A stretch of DNA of 64,000 bases from an uncultured Verrucomicrobiae bacterium (GTDB taxonomy: Bacteria; Verrucomicrobiota; Verrucomicrobiia; Chthoniobacterales; UBA10450): NCBI GenBank assembly GCA_963756875.1, contig CAVWPA010000001.1, positions 544,001-608,000 of the forward strand, given 5' to 3'. The position numbers were made by a program, and so were the translations under genes. A model generated the notes under the pieces. That model was given only the letters and a program-made list of their open reading frames with translations. It was not told the origin of the DNA and ran no database searches. Shown here piece after piece: positions 20,417-30,922 of the stretch (its first letter is position 1; every line of letters starts with the position of its first letter).

Positions 20417-21640
20417 TTAAAGCTTCTCCGGATCTTCGAGCAACTCGATAACGCGCTTGAGCAGGCGGCCGGCGCCCCCGCCGTCGAGGCTGCGATGATC
20501 AAAGCTCAACGTGATCTGGGCTTCCGTCTCGGGAACAAATTCGTTTTTCGCCTCATCCCACGAAGGAACTTTTTTGCCGACTCCAAGGCCGAGCAGCACT
20601 GTCTGGTCTGGCAGTGGAATTGGAGTGCCCCATTCAACCCCGAAGGTTCCGAAATTTGAAACCGCGGCGATGCCGCCGGCCTGCATGTCGGGCGAAATTC
20701 GCCGTTTGCGGGCGAGATCGACAAGTTCCTGGTATTTGCCGGTCAACTCGGCCAGCGAAGTTTTGTCCGCGTTGCGAATGATCGGCACCATGATGCCGTC
20801 TTCGGCTTCCACGGCGACACCGACGTCGATGGAACTTGATTGCACGACCCGGTTGCCAACCAATTTGGCCGCAGCGGCCGGATTCTCCGCCAGCGCCAGC
20901 GCGAGCGCGCGAACCGCATAAAGAGCGGGACCCGGTTTCGGATCGCGTTGCTTTCGATTCTCCAATACCGGATCTAGATTCACGGACGACCCGATTGTTG
21001 CCAGCGGGCGTGACCAGCTGCGCCGCATCGCGTCGGCAACGCCGGTACGAAGCGCGGAGGCTTCCTGCGCCGATTGGCTATCGACCTTTTGCAAAAAGTT
21101 CTCCAAATCTTTGATCGTCACCCGGTTGCCGGCTCCGGTTCCGGTGATCCCGGACAGATCTGCTTTCGTTAACTGCAATTCGGCCATGCGCGCGCGTACT
21201 CGCGGCGAAAGAAAACTGGCGCCTTTGAGCGTTGCCGGCACCGGTAAGCCCCCGGTTTCAACACCGTTGCCACCGCCCGCCGCCGCTTTTTTCTGACGCG
21301 CAGGCGCAACTTCCTGGTCGGCGCGTGCGGGAATTTCCTCGGCGACTTCGCCTTCCGGTTGAGCGGGGCTTTGCCTGGCGAATCTTCCGGCATCGGCTTC
21401 GCTCGCCTCGACGTAACCCAGGACTGCGCCGACCGGATATGTTTCTTTCACCTGCGCGACAATTTTATCGATCTTGCCTTTGCACGGCGTAGTCACACCC
21501 ATGACCGCCTTGTTTGTCTCCACCTCGATGATCTCCTGATCGGCCACGACATCGTCGCCGGGTTTCACCTTCACATCGACGATCGTCGCCTCGGCGATCG
21601 ATTCGCCCAACTGCGGCATAATGATTGGAACTTGGGCCAT
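20417..21640 (-). CDS. 2-oxoacid dehydrogenase E2 (dihydrolipoamide acyltransferase)
   Basis: Lipoyl domain MPQLGESI...ETNKA, E3-binding GTGAGNRVT, catalytic DHRSLDG. Confidence 0.92.
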   Translation of the reverse strand: MAQVPIIMPQLGESIAEATIVDVKVKPGDDVVADQEIIEVETNKAVMGVTTPCKGKIDKIVAQVKETYPVGAVLGYVEASEADAGRFARQSPAQPEGEVAEEIPARADQEVAPARQKKAAAGGGNGVETGGLPVPATLKGASFLSPRVRARMAELQLTKADLSGITGTGAGNRVTIKDLENFLQKVDSQSAQEASALRTGVADAMRRSWSRPLATIGSSVNLDPVLENRKQRDPKPGPALYAVRALALALAENPAAAAKLVGNRVVQSSSIDVGVAVEAEDGIMVPIIRNADKTSLAELTGKYQELVDLARKRRISPDMQAGGIAAVSNFGTFGVEWGTPIPLPDQTVLLGLGVGKKVPSWDEAKNEFVPETEAQITLSFDHRSLDGGGAGRLLKRVIELLEDPEKL

Positions 21641-21643
21641 AGA

Positions 21644-22612
21644 TTATTCTTTAAGGAGTTGTCTCGCTTTTTTTGCAATCGCTTTTGCGTTCGGGCGATG
21701 CGCGCCCCAGAGATTTGGATGATATGGGATCGGCGTGTCTTTCGCATTGATGCGCTGCGGCGCCGCATCCAGAAGGTGAAAACCTTCGCTTGCGACGCGC
21801 GCGAGCACTTCCGCCGTCGCGCCGCCCCACGGAAACGATTCGCCGGCGCAAAGCAGCCGGCCGGTGCGCGCGACGGATGCGAGGACGGTATCGGTATCAA
21901 GCGGTTTGACCGTGCGAAGATCGACGACTTCGATTTCGAAACCTTCGGTCGCAAGCTCAGCAGCCGCCGCCAACGCTTCCTGTACCATCACGCTGTAAGC
22001 GACGATCGTGAGATCGCGACCGGCGCGCGCGATTCGCGCCTGACCGACCGGTGGTCCTTCGGTTGGAAGCTTGTCGGCTTTAAGATGGTAATAGAGATAC
22101 TTGTGCTCGCAGTAAACCACCGGGTCATCAATCGCGACGGCGTCGATCAACATGGTATAGGCGTCCTCCACCGTGGCCGGCGTCATCACAATGAGCCCGG
22201 GATAATGCGCGTAAATCGATTCCATGCTCTGGCTGTGGAAAGGCCCGCTGCCTTTGGTTCCGCCCGACGGAAGCCGCACCGTGATCGGAACGGGAACATT
22301 TGTTCGCCAATAATGCGTTCCGGCGTTGTTTAGGATTTGGTTCAGCGCAATGCTCGAAAAATCGGCAAACTGCATTTCAACGATTGGCCGCATCCCTTGC
22401 AGCGCCGCGCCGATCGCGGTGCCGGCAATTGCGTCTTCGCTAATTGGCGCGTTCAGGACGCGCCCGGGAAATTCTTTCGCCAGCCCTTTCGTGGCTTTGA
22501 ACGCGCCACCGAACGTGCCGCCCACGTCCTGGCCGTAAATGAAAACGCGGTCGTCGTCGCGCAACAGTTTCGCCTGCGCCTCACGGATCGCTTCGAGGTA
22601 GGTGATGCTCAT
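21644..22612 (-). CDS. 2-oxoacid dehydrogenase E1 beta subunit
   Basis: GQDVG, PISE, EMQFADF, HSQS motifs; start ATG 22612. Confidence 0.93.
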   Translation of the reverse strand: MSITYLEAIREAQAKLLRDDDRVFIYGQDVGGTFGGAFKATKGLAKEFPGRVLNAPISEDAIAGTAIGAALQGMRPIVEMQFADFSSIALNQILNNAGTHYWRTNVPVPITVRLPSGGTKGSGPFHSQSMESIYAHYPGLIVMTPATVEDAYTMLIDAVAIDDPVVYCEHKYLYYHLKADKLPTEGPPVGQARIARAGRDLTIVAYSVMVQEALAAAAELATEGFEIEVVDLRTVKPLDTDTVLASVARTGRLLCAGESFPWGGATAEVLARVASEGFHLLDAAPQRINAKDTPIPYHPNLWGAHRPNAKAIAKKARQLLKE

Positions 22613-22615
22613 GAA

Positions 22616-22760
22616 AAGAATGACGAAGCACGAATGGCGAATGACGAATGAATCATGAAGCACCAATGACGAAGCGCGAATGTCGAGTTTGTCCAGAGGC
22701 CCAGCCCGGCGATTTGATCATTCGTCATGTTGATTTTATTCGTCATCAGACATTCGTCAT
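22616..22760. repeat. degenerate heptamer array (GAATGAC) with an inverted arm (TTCGTCA)
   Basis: Seen directly in the E1a/E1b intergenic region. Confidence 0.7.
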
Positions 22761-23797
22761 TGATCCTGTTCCGCGTGATCGGCTAATTCGCGTTGCGATA
22801 AGGCGCACCAGTCCTCCGTGGCACCGTCGGGCGCCGGATCCTTTTGTGCCGCAGTGATCGCTTCCTCGACCTGCGCGGCCGCGTCATCGCGCCACGATTG
22901 CAAAGTCTCACCATCGACGAGTTTCAGATCGACAATCAATTTTTCCGCGCATTTCAAACAATCCTGCGCAAACGGCTCGCGCTTGATTTCGGCGGTCACA
23001 TAGCTGGCATCGTCATGTTCGCCGTGACCGGAGAGGCGCAACACCGAGGCGACTACCAATTGCGGCGGGCGGCCGGCTCGGGCCCGTTTCACCGCACTGC
23101 CGATCACTTTGAGACACGCCGTGAGGTCGGTTCCATCAAGACTATAACCCTCAAATCCATAGCCCTTCGCGCGGTCGACAAGGTCGTGGCAGGCAAACTC
23201 TCGCTCGTTAGGCGTGGAGTAGGCGTAATGGTTGTTCGTCGCGACGATTACCAGCGGCACCTGCTCGACGGCGGCGATGTTCATCCCTTCATGGAAGGAG
23301 CCGGTTTGCATGCCGCCTTCGCCGATGCAGGCCAGGCCGACAAAATTCTTTTCCCCTTTCCATCGTTTTGCAAGCAGGCCGCCCACCGTCACCGAGACCA
23401 TCGCGCCGAGATGGCTGACCATGGCCAACTGGCCGTCTAGGGGGCGCCCTCGATGGATGTTGCCATCGCGTCCTCTCATGGGGCCTTTCACAGAACCGAG
23501 ATAGGTCCGGGTAACATCGATCAGCGGCTCACCGAATGCCGAGCGCCCAGCCTGATCCCGAATGAGCGGAGCGAAAATGTCTCCCTTTTGCAGAAACAGA
23601 CCACAGGCCACGCTGACGGCTTCCTGGCCTTTGCCGATGTAAACGCCTCCGGTGATGTGTCCGCCGCGATACAGGCTGACGAGCTTCTCCTCAAGCGTTC
23701 GCGTCAGCAGCATCCATCGGAACGCCTCGAGAAATCGCTCATGTGGCAGCGCTTTCTTTGATGTCGATTTCCTGCCGCGCTGCGCCGTTTCAAGCAT
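22757..23797 (-). CDS. 2-oxoacid dehydrogenase E1 alpha subunit
   Basis: GQEA, TPP motif GEGG...NNHYA, RLSGHGEHD. Confidence 0.93.
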   Translation of the reverse strand: MLETAQRGRKSTSKKALPHERFLEAFRWMLLTRTLEEKLVSLYRGGHITGGVYIGKGQEAVSVACGLFLQKGDIFAPLIRDQAGRSAFGEPLIDVTRTYLGSVKGPMRGRDGNIHRGRPLDGQLAMVSHLGAMVSVTVGGLLAKRWKGEKNFVGLACIGEGGMQTGSFHEGMNIAAVEQVPLVIVATNNHYAYSTPNEREFACHDLVDRAKGYGFEGYSLDGTDLTACLKVIGSAVKRARAGRPPQLVVASVLRLSGHGEHDDASYVTAEIKREPFAQDCLKCAEKLIVDLKLVDGETLQSWRDDAAAQVEEAITAAQKDPAPDGATEDWCALSQRELADHAEQDQ

Positions 23798-23860
23798 TTC
23801 AAGATTTTACGCAGGATCGACAAGTGCGCGCAAAATTTTTTTACATGCGCGATTTTTTAA

Positions 23861-24006
23861 TCTGGGGAGCGCAGGCTGCCAGCCTGCAGTCGTCGGCAGC
23901 TTGCCGACGACACGCCAAAGGGTCACAAAGGATATAATGTGAAACCTTGGAAGAGCTTTTCGGCAGGCTGCCGAAAACAACAGGCTGGCAGCCTGTGGTC
24001 CCCAGA
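23861..24006. repeat. REP doublet (REPIN-like), family B
   Basis: TCTGGGGAGCGCAGGCTGCCAGCCTG ... CAGGCTGGCAGCCTGTGGTCCCCAGA with two inner hairpins; 1 nt from the smc stop. Confidence 0.85.
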
Positions 24007-24007
24007 T

Positions 24008-27000
24008 TTATCGCGCGACGAGCGTAAAGTTACGCTGGGTAGCGGCTTCCTGGTGGCCGTTCCCGTTGGCGGGTTGCTGGGCGGCTGTTTCCGGTGCCGT
24101 CAATTTCATTCCGACCAGTTTGCTTACGCCGCGTTCTTCCATGGTGACACCATAAAGCACGCCCGCTTTGGCAATGGTGCGCTTGTTATGTGTGATGATG
24201 ACGAACTGGCTTTGGCCGATAAAGCGGTCGAGCACCTTGATAAAGCGATTGATGTTGCTCTCATCGAGCGGCGCATCCATTTCGTCGAGCACGCAAAACG
24301 GGCTCGGCCGCACCATGTAAATCGCGAAAAGAAGCGCAACGGCCGTCATGGCGCGCTCACCTCCACTGAGCAATGAAACACTTTGCAGTTGTTTGCCCGG
24401 CGGTTTCGCCGCGATCTCGATCCCGCAATTCAGCGGATCGCTTTCATCCATCAACGACAGGTCGGCACGTCCGCCGCCGAACAGCTCGGCAAACATTTCG
24501 CGAAAGTTCACTCGTACCTGCGCGAACGTGTCGGCGAATAGTTGTTTTGTTGTCGAGTTAATTTGCGAGATGACTTCGAGCAATTCGCGGCGCGAATTCG
24601 TCAGATCGTTGTTTTGGGTTTCAAGAAACTTGTAACGATCTTCCAGTTCATCGTACTCCTGAACGGCATCCAGGTTGACCGGGCCCATGTTGTCCAGCTG
24701 TCGCGTCAGATCGGCGATCAATTTTTGGAGATCCGCCTCGGCGAGATTGACTTCTGGGGAGCGCACGGGCCCTCGCGTGCCGAGTTTGGCGCCCTCGCCG
24801 AACTCCTGTGCGCGTGCACGATCTCGTGCATCATCTTCAAGTGCGGATTGGCCTTCCGGAGAGTTTTCGGCGGGGTCGCCGACAACAGCACGCGAGGCGC
24901 GTGCGCTCCCCAGATCACTCGTGTCCGCGCGTTTCCTTAATTGAACGCGCAGGGTTTTTTCGAATGCTCCCTGGTCCGGGTTGAACGCCCGCAGATCGGC
25001 GTGGTAACGCCGCTCCACGGTGTCGATCAGATTATCGATCTGCATTTGCATTTGTGATTCGCGGACCTGTGCGTGTCCACGACGTTCCTGCAATTCGCTG
25101 AGAGAATTGCGCAGCACGCGGACCTTCGTCTCGCGATCGGCGATGGCAGCAACCCGTCCCACTCGTTGCTCCGCGATTTTGGCAACGCTCTCCTCCCTTC
25201 GCTGGTGCTCGACGGTTTGATTCTCGATCGCGGCTTCGGAATCGCGCGATTCCTGCGCCTGACTCGCGAGTTTGCTCTCATACATCGAAATGTCGGCATG
25301 CCGCCCGGCGATCAGTTCGGCCAATTCCGTCTCGCGCTCGGCCATTGGCTGACGCCGCGCTTCCAAGTTTTCATGACGCTGCTTTTCCGTTGCAATTGCC
25401 AGTCGCAGCTCGTTGAGTTTTTCTGTCGTCCTGGCTTCATCCGCATTCGCTGATTTTTCTGCTGCGCCCGCGGCTGCCTGTTCGGTTTCCCGCGCAGCCA
25501 GTTGCGAGCGCGCCTCGTTCAGCTCTGCCTCCATCTCTGCAATGGACTCGTCGGCTGTGGCAATCTGCTGTTCGAGAGTAGCTCTTTCGGATTGCAGATT
25601 CTCGATTTTGCGCGCGAGATCGTCGCGTTCGCGTTCGCGCAACGAAATGTGCCCGCTCGCAGTTGAGTGCGAAAGGTGAGCGGCGTGATGGCGCTCCCGG
25701 GACTGATTCACCTTTTGCGACGCAGCCATCAATGCCGCTTTCGCTTCGTCGCGTTTTGTGGAAAGACCCTCCCGTTCCTGGATGAGTGAGGCTTCTTCCT
25801 TCTCCAGGTCCGCGATTTCCGCTTTTCGCTCCAGCAACGAATCCGATTTGATCGTGGTGCTTCCGCCAAAAACGATGCCTTCGGCAGAAACAAATTCGCC
25901 ATTTAGCGTCGCCGCGGCCAGTGTCGGGTCGTTTTTCTTGCACTCCAGCGCCTGCTCCAGCTTCGAAAAAATCACAACGTTGCCGAGCAACTGGCGGATG
26001 AGCGGTTCGAGTTGCCTCGGTGCCACCACCTTGTCTACCGCCCAGGCAATTGCTCCCTGGGGGAGCATCTTGCGCACGGATTGCGGGACGGCCCCGCCGA
26101 GCTGCGGGATGAGAAGCGCCGCCTTTCCGAGTTTTTTGCGTGTTACCCTGTGGATAATTTCTTCGGCGAGGTTCGCATCCCGCAAGATCACCGCATGCAA
26201 ACTGCGGCCTAGCGCGGCCTCGACGGCCGCGATGAATTTCGGATCAACATCAAGTTGTGACGCGAGCGGACCGGCAATGGCGGCACGAAACCGGTCGTCC
26301 ATCGCATTGAGGACTGCCTGGGAGCCTTCTGCCAATCCCCGCCCTTCCTGATTAAACTGGCGTAAGACTCCGAGACGCGACGTCTTTTCCGCCATTGAGC
26401 GCTCGAAATCTGCAAGGTTTTTCTCCGATTGCGCAAGCAGGTCCTGGTGATTATGCAGATTTTCTTCGGCTCGATGCGTCTCGGCGAGCAAATCGGCGAC
26501 TTGCTTTTCCTCGTTGCCGGCAGCGGCGAGCGCGGCCGCGATCTCCCCTGCTGTGTTCTGAAGTGCCTTTGTCGCTTCCCCGATTTCGGTCTCGAGTCTC
26601 TGAATTTGCGCGGCAGTGGCTTCGCTGCGGGCAACCATGCCCGACAATTCGTCCTCGAGAGCCGAGATCCGGCCCTGCGATTTAGTCAGCGCCATTTGCA
26701 GCTCTTGTGCTTCTGTCGCGAATTTCGCGCGTTGCGACCGGGCCCGTGACAACGCTTCGGTAAGCTTCGCGAGTTCGGCCGCTTGCTCCTGCAGAAGATG
26801 TTTGCTCTTTTCGAGCGACGCATCGGCCTCCCGCATTTGCGTGGCCTGCTCGTTCCGCTTGGCCTCCGCTGCGGAGATTTCGTTTCGAGCTCGCTCGATC
26901 AGCTCATTTAATTCCTGGGCGCGTTGCCGGTTAAATTCGATCCGGCTGCGATGCGTGGCGATTTCGCTCCGCAACTGCTGAACCTCTGCGCGCGCTTCCG

Positions 27001-27851
27001 CCACCTGTACGTCGATCTTATCCAGTGCAACTCGTTCTTCCCGGATCTCATTTTCGCCAGTGTCAATTTTATCCCGCGCCAGCTTTTTCCGAATTGCTGA
27101 ACTCCGCGATCTCCGTCCGTGAGGCGGAAAGGTCGCACTCCAGAGCGTCGAGTTGTTTGCGCGAATAATGCGTATCCAGAACGCGCAAATCCGCATGTAA
27201 TGCCTGGTAGCGCCGCGCTTTTCCGGCCTGGCGTTGCAGCGAACCAATTTGCCGTTTCACCTCCTTGATCACGTCGCCAATGCGCAAAAGATTGGCTTCG
27301 GTTGCCTCAAGTTTGCGCAGCGCTTCGCGTTTTTGCGTTTTGTACCTGGTGATTCCAGCAGCTTCTTCAAAAACCGCGCGCCGATCTTCCGGACGCGAGC
27401 TCAAGATCATGTCGATCTTTCCCTGCTCCATCATCGAGTAAGCGGACCGCGCGACTCCGGTATCGGCGAAAAGGCTCTGGATGTCGCGCAACCGGCATGC
27501 CGTATTGTTCAGCAGATATTCCGAATTGCCGTCGCGATAAATGCGGCGCGTCACCCGGACGTCGTGCCAATCGACGCCGAGCTCGGTGGCGCAATTTGTG
27601 AAAGTGAGAGAAACCTCGGCGAATCCAATCGGTTTGCGCGAATCGGTTCCGTTGAAAATAACGTCGGCCATTTCGCCGCCACGAAGCGACTTGGCAGATT
27701 GCTCGCCGAGCACCCAACGAATGGCGTCGAGGACATTGGACTTGCCGCAGCCATTCGGTCCAACAATGGCGGTGACGCCTTCGTGGAAGTTGAAGATCGT
27801 TTTATCGGCGAACGATTTGAAACCGAAGAGTTCGAGCGATTGAAGATGCAT
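24008..27851 (-). CDS. smc: chromosome segregation protein SMC, split by one extra base near 27084-27088
   Basis: Walker A GPNGCGKSN in the 5' ORF; hinge, LLSGGE and LDEMDAPLD in the 3' ORF; removing one A from GAAAAAG joins the frames. Confidence 0.93.
24753..24914. repeat. REP doublet family A inserted in frame in smc
   Basis: TCTGGGGAGCGCAC...GTGCGCTCCCCAGA, 162 bp (54 codons). Confidence 0.88.
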
Positions 27852-27992
27852 GGACAGGCCGCATTTCCGGCCTCGAAGGGTCAATATAATGAGTTAACCG
27901 GCGTTACAAGACCAAAATCACACAATTTGCGGGGGAGGGGGCGGGCTCCGACCGCTAGATACTGTGTTCGGCGGCCAAAACGACCAGTGAGC

Positions 27993-28077
27993 AACGAGGA
28001 ATGATGAATGACGAAGGAATAACCAAACGATCTAATCCCCAAACCGCCAAATGTATTGAGTTCGTCATTCCTCATTT
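27993..28077. repeat. degenerate heptamer array (AATGACG) with an inverted arm
   Basis: Same unit as 22616..22760; lies in the smc/M20 divergent intergenic region. Confidence 0.6.
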
Positions 28078-28137
28078 ACCGAGTTGCTCGTGCGGAAAAA
28101 TTTGTTCCTGAAGGGATTTCGGCGATAAGGTGAACGC

Positions 28138-29472
28138 ATGCGTGACAATTATCTTCAGGATTTTTATTCATTTCTTCGGTTTCCCAGCGTTTCGACTGAC
28201 GATCAATTTGCCGGCCGGGTGAAAGAATGCGCGAACTGGCTCGTAAAGAAACTTCAGACGATCGGGTTGCAGGCGGAACTTGTTCCGACCGCGGGTCACC
28301 CGATTGTTTGGGCGCGGAATAAACATCGGCAGGATCGGCGCACGGTTCTAATCTATGGGCATTACGACGTTCAGCCACCGGATCCGCTGGAGCTGTGGGA
28401 TTCGCCGCCATTCGAGCCCGTTTTGAAAAATGGCTATGTTTTTGCCCGCGGCGCGACGGACAACAAGGGCCAGATTCTCTCCCATATCCTCGGCATGCAG
28501 GAAACGATCGAAAAGGAGGGCGATCTGCCGGTCAACGTCGATCTTGTCATCGAAGGTGAAGAAGAGATCGGCAGTGTGCATCTCCCAAAATTTCTACGTG
28601 AAAATCGAGACGCGTTGAAATGCGGTGTGGTGGTCGTCTCGGATACGGGAATGATCGCGCCACGGACGCCGACGTTGAGTTACGGACTTCGCGGGGTGGC
28701 GGCCCTGGAATTGAAAGTGACCGGTCCGAAGATGGACCTTCATTCCGGCATTTTCGGCGGCGCGGTGGCGAACCCCGCGACGGCTCTGGCGCAATTGCTG
28801 GCCACTCTGCACAATCGCGAAGGCCACGTTGCCATCCCCGGGTTTTACGACGACGTCGCGCCGATCCAGGATTGGGAACGCGAGGCCTGGAAAAAGTTAC
28901 CGCTTGATCCGGACGCGGAAATGTTGAAGGAAACAGGAGCGCCGTTGCTTTTCGGCGAAGCCGGTTACAGCACGCTCGAACGCATCTGGGCGCGGCCGAC
29001 CGCGGAGGTCAACGGGATTGGAGGTGGCTATCAAGGGCAGGGGACGAAGACCGTTCTTCCAAGTCATGCCATGGCAAAACTGACATTTCGTCTCGTTCCC
29101 AATCAGAAGGCCGATGTGATTATCGACCTTGCCATGAAACATCTGCAAAAGAATTTGCCGGCCGGCGTGACGCTGGAAATGGCAAGCGGCCATCACGGTC
29201 CGTGGTACCTGACCGATCCGCATAATAAATTTGGTGAGGCGGCGCAGCGCGCCCTCCGGAAAGCGTTTAACAAGGAGGTAGCGCTGATTCGCGAAGGGGG
29301 CAGCATTCCCATCGTGTCCGATTTTCGAGAAATTCTCGGTGCGGAAACGTTGCTACTGGGCCTCGCGCTGCAGGACTGTCGCGCTCATTCTCCGAACGAA
29401 AACTTTCCGCTGGAGAATCTAGAGGCCGGCATTCGAATGAACCAGGTTGTGCTTCAGGAGCTGGCTGTCTGA
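28138..29472 (+). CDS. M20 family dipeptidase
   Basis: YGHYDVQP, RGATDNKG, EGEEE, DLHSG, AHSPNE motifs. Confidence 0.93.
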   Translation: MRDNYLQDFYSFLRFPSVSTDDQFAGRVKECANWLVKKLQTIGLQAELVPTAGHPIVWARNKHRQDRRTVLIYGHYDVQPPDPLELWDSPPFEPVLKNGYVFARGATDNKGQILSHILGMQETIEKEGDLPVNVDLVIEGEEEIGSVHLPKFLRENRDALKCGVVVVSDTGMIAPRTPTLSYGLRGVAALELKVTGPKMDLHSGIFGGAVANPATALAQLLATLHNREGHVAIPGFYDDVAPIQDWEREAWKKLPLDPDAEMLKETGAPLLFGEAGYSTLERIWARPTAEVNGIGGGYQGQGTKTVLPSHAMAKLTFRLVPNQKADVIIDLAMKHLQKNLPAGVTLEMASGHHGPWYLTDPHNKFGEAAQRALRKAFNKEVALIREGGSIPIVSDFREILGAETLLLGLALQDCRAHSPNENFPLENLEAGIRMNQVVLQELAV

Positions 29473-29490
29473 ACCGGAAGAGACGCTCTG

Positions 29491-30460
29491 GTGAAAAATA
29501 AACTGGGCACTTTGCTTGTGATCGCGATGGCCGCGGCCATGGTCTCTGGCGTCCAGGCGCGCGACATTTCCGCACACGAGTCGTTAGGCGAAAAAATCAA
29601 GAGATTTATCGTCGGACCAACTCCGACCCCCGGTCCGAGTCCACACAAGAAGCGGAAGAAAGCCCAGCCAAGCTGCAAAAAAGGAAACGTCCAAACCCTC
29701 GCCGTCCCGATTACGGCGGAATCGTCGGAGGAAAATGCGCCGCGAGCAGCCAAGCGAACCTCTGAATACTTTGAGCCGGTTCGTCCGATCACTCCCCGGC
29801 CGCAACGCAGAGTTCGAGAGCATGCATCCCCCGCCTGCTGAAGAGACTCCGTCTCGCAAAGCGCCCGCATCCCCCGAAGGGTCGCGGACGCCGAGTCCGA
29901 CCGTGTCAGCGGCTGAGATCGCCGACTACGAGAGTTATACTCCCGAAGTCCGGAAGATTCTCGACTCGGCGCTGAGCCTGACGAGTCGGGATCTTCGTTA
30001 CAAATACGGCTCGGCCGATCCGGCAAAAGGGGGAATGGATTCCTCCGGTTTCGTTTTTTACGTCCTTTCGACCAACGGGATCAAGGACGTGCCGCGTGAC
30101 GCCCGCGCGCAATACGTCTGGGTGCGCAAAGCCGGGAATTTCCGGGCTGTGCTTGCGCAAACTAACGACACTTTCGAGCTCGACGAATTAAAGCCCGGCG
30201 ACCTTCTTTTTTGGGCCGGCGCCTACAGCATCAGTCGCGAACCCAATATCACGCAGACCATGATTTATCTCGGACGCGACAAAGGGACGAACCAGCGTCT
30301 GATGGTGGGGGCCAGTGACGGCGGCACGTACAAAGGCGAATCGCGCAACGGCGTGCGCGTTTTTGATTTCAAGGTCGGGCGTCTCCGGTCGAAATCCGGG
30401 AACGAACCCGGGGCAATGTTCGTGGGCTACGGGCGTCCGCCCGGGCTGTCCGGGCAATAA
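29491..30460 (+). CDS. secreted NlpC/P60-fold protein (frameshifted linker; catalytic Cys and His substituted)
   Basis: Signal peptide in 29491..29841; NlpC domain YKYGS...MDSSGF, LKPGDLLFW, ITQTMIY in 29735..30460. Confidence 0.75.
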
Positions 30461-30465
30461 TCGAC

Positions 30466-30696
30466 CTAAGGCGACTCGCTTCCGTCGATTTCCCCTTCCG
30501 AAGGAGTGGCAGACGGCGTGACGCTGACCTCGGCCGCTGTTGATTGTGCAGAGATGGTCTGGGTCCGTTGATCTCGATAGCGTTTTGCAACTGCACCTGC
30601 GACCAGGGCGATCATGATCAAAATCACGGCGCGTTGCTCGCGCCTCGTCAGCTCGAAAAGATTCTTCCCCGGGAAAGCTGCCTTTTTAACCGCCAT
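30466..30696 (-). CDS. small single-TM hypothetical protein
   Basis: LTRREQRAVILIMIALVAG followed by a low-complexity tail. Confidence 0.55.
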   Translation of the reverse strand: MAVKKAAFPGKNLFELTRREQRAVILIMIALVAGAVAKRYRDQRTQTISAQSTAAEVSVTPSATPSEGEIDGSESP

Positions 30697-30922
30697 GGCA
30701 ACTTATATACAGAAAGCAATTTGAAAACGTCGTCTAGACGACGACTGAGCATCTGCGCTTGGCCCGAATTCGATTTTCTCGATCGCAGGTGACAAATTAG
30801 CGACAAAAGCAGAAAAATCTTGACGCTGATGTCGTAGCCCAGTCTACTCCGCGCTGCTCCGATTCCCCCAGACGTGTCTCGGAGAATTGATGCAAATCTC
30901 CAACCCCTCACTTCCCCCGAAT

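Noticed and set aside
123..24914. REP doublets or short arrays as a CRISPR array
   Set aside because: The repeats are inverted and dispersed rather than regularly spaced direct repeats, and there are no cas genes
27080..27092. Programmed ribosomal frameshift in smc
   Set aside because: It needs a +1 shift at a short A run with no evident stimulator, and neighbouring genes show similar indels, so error is more parsimonious
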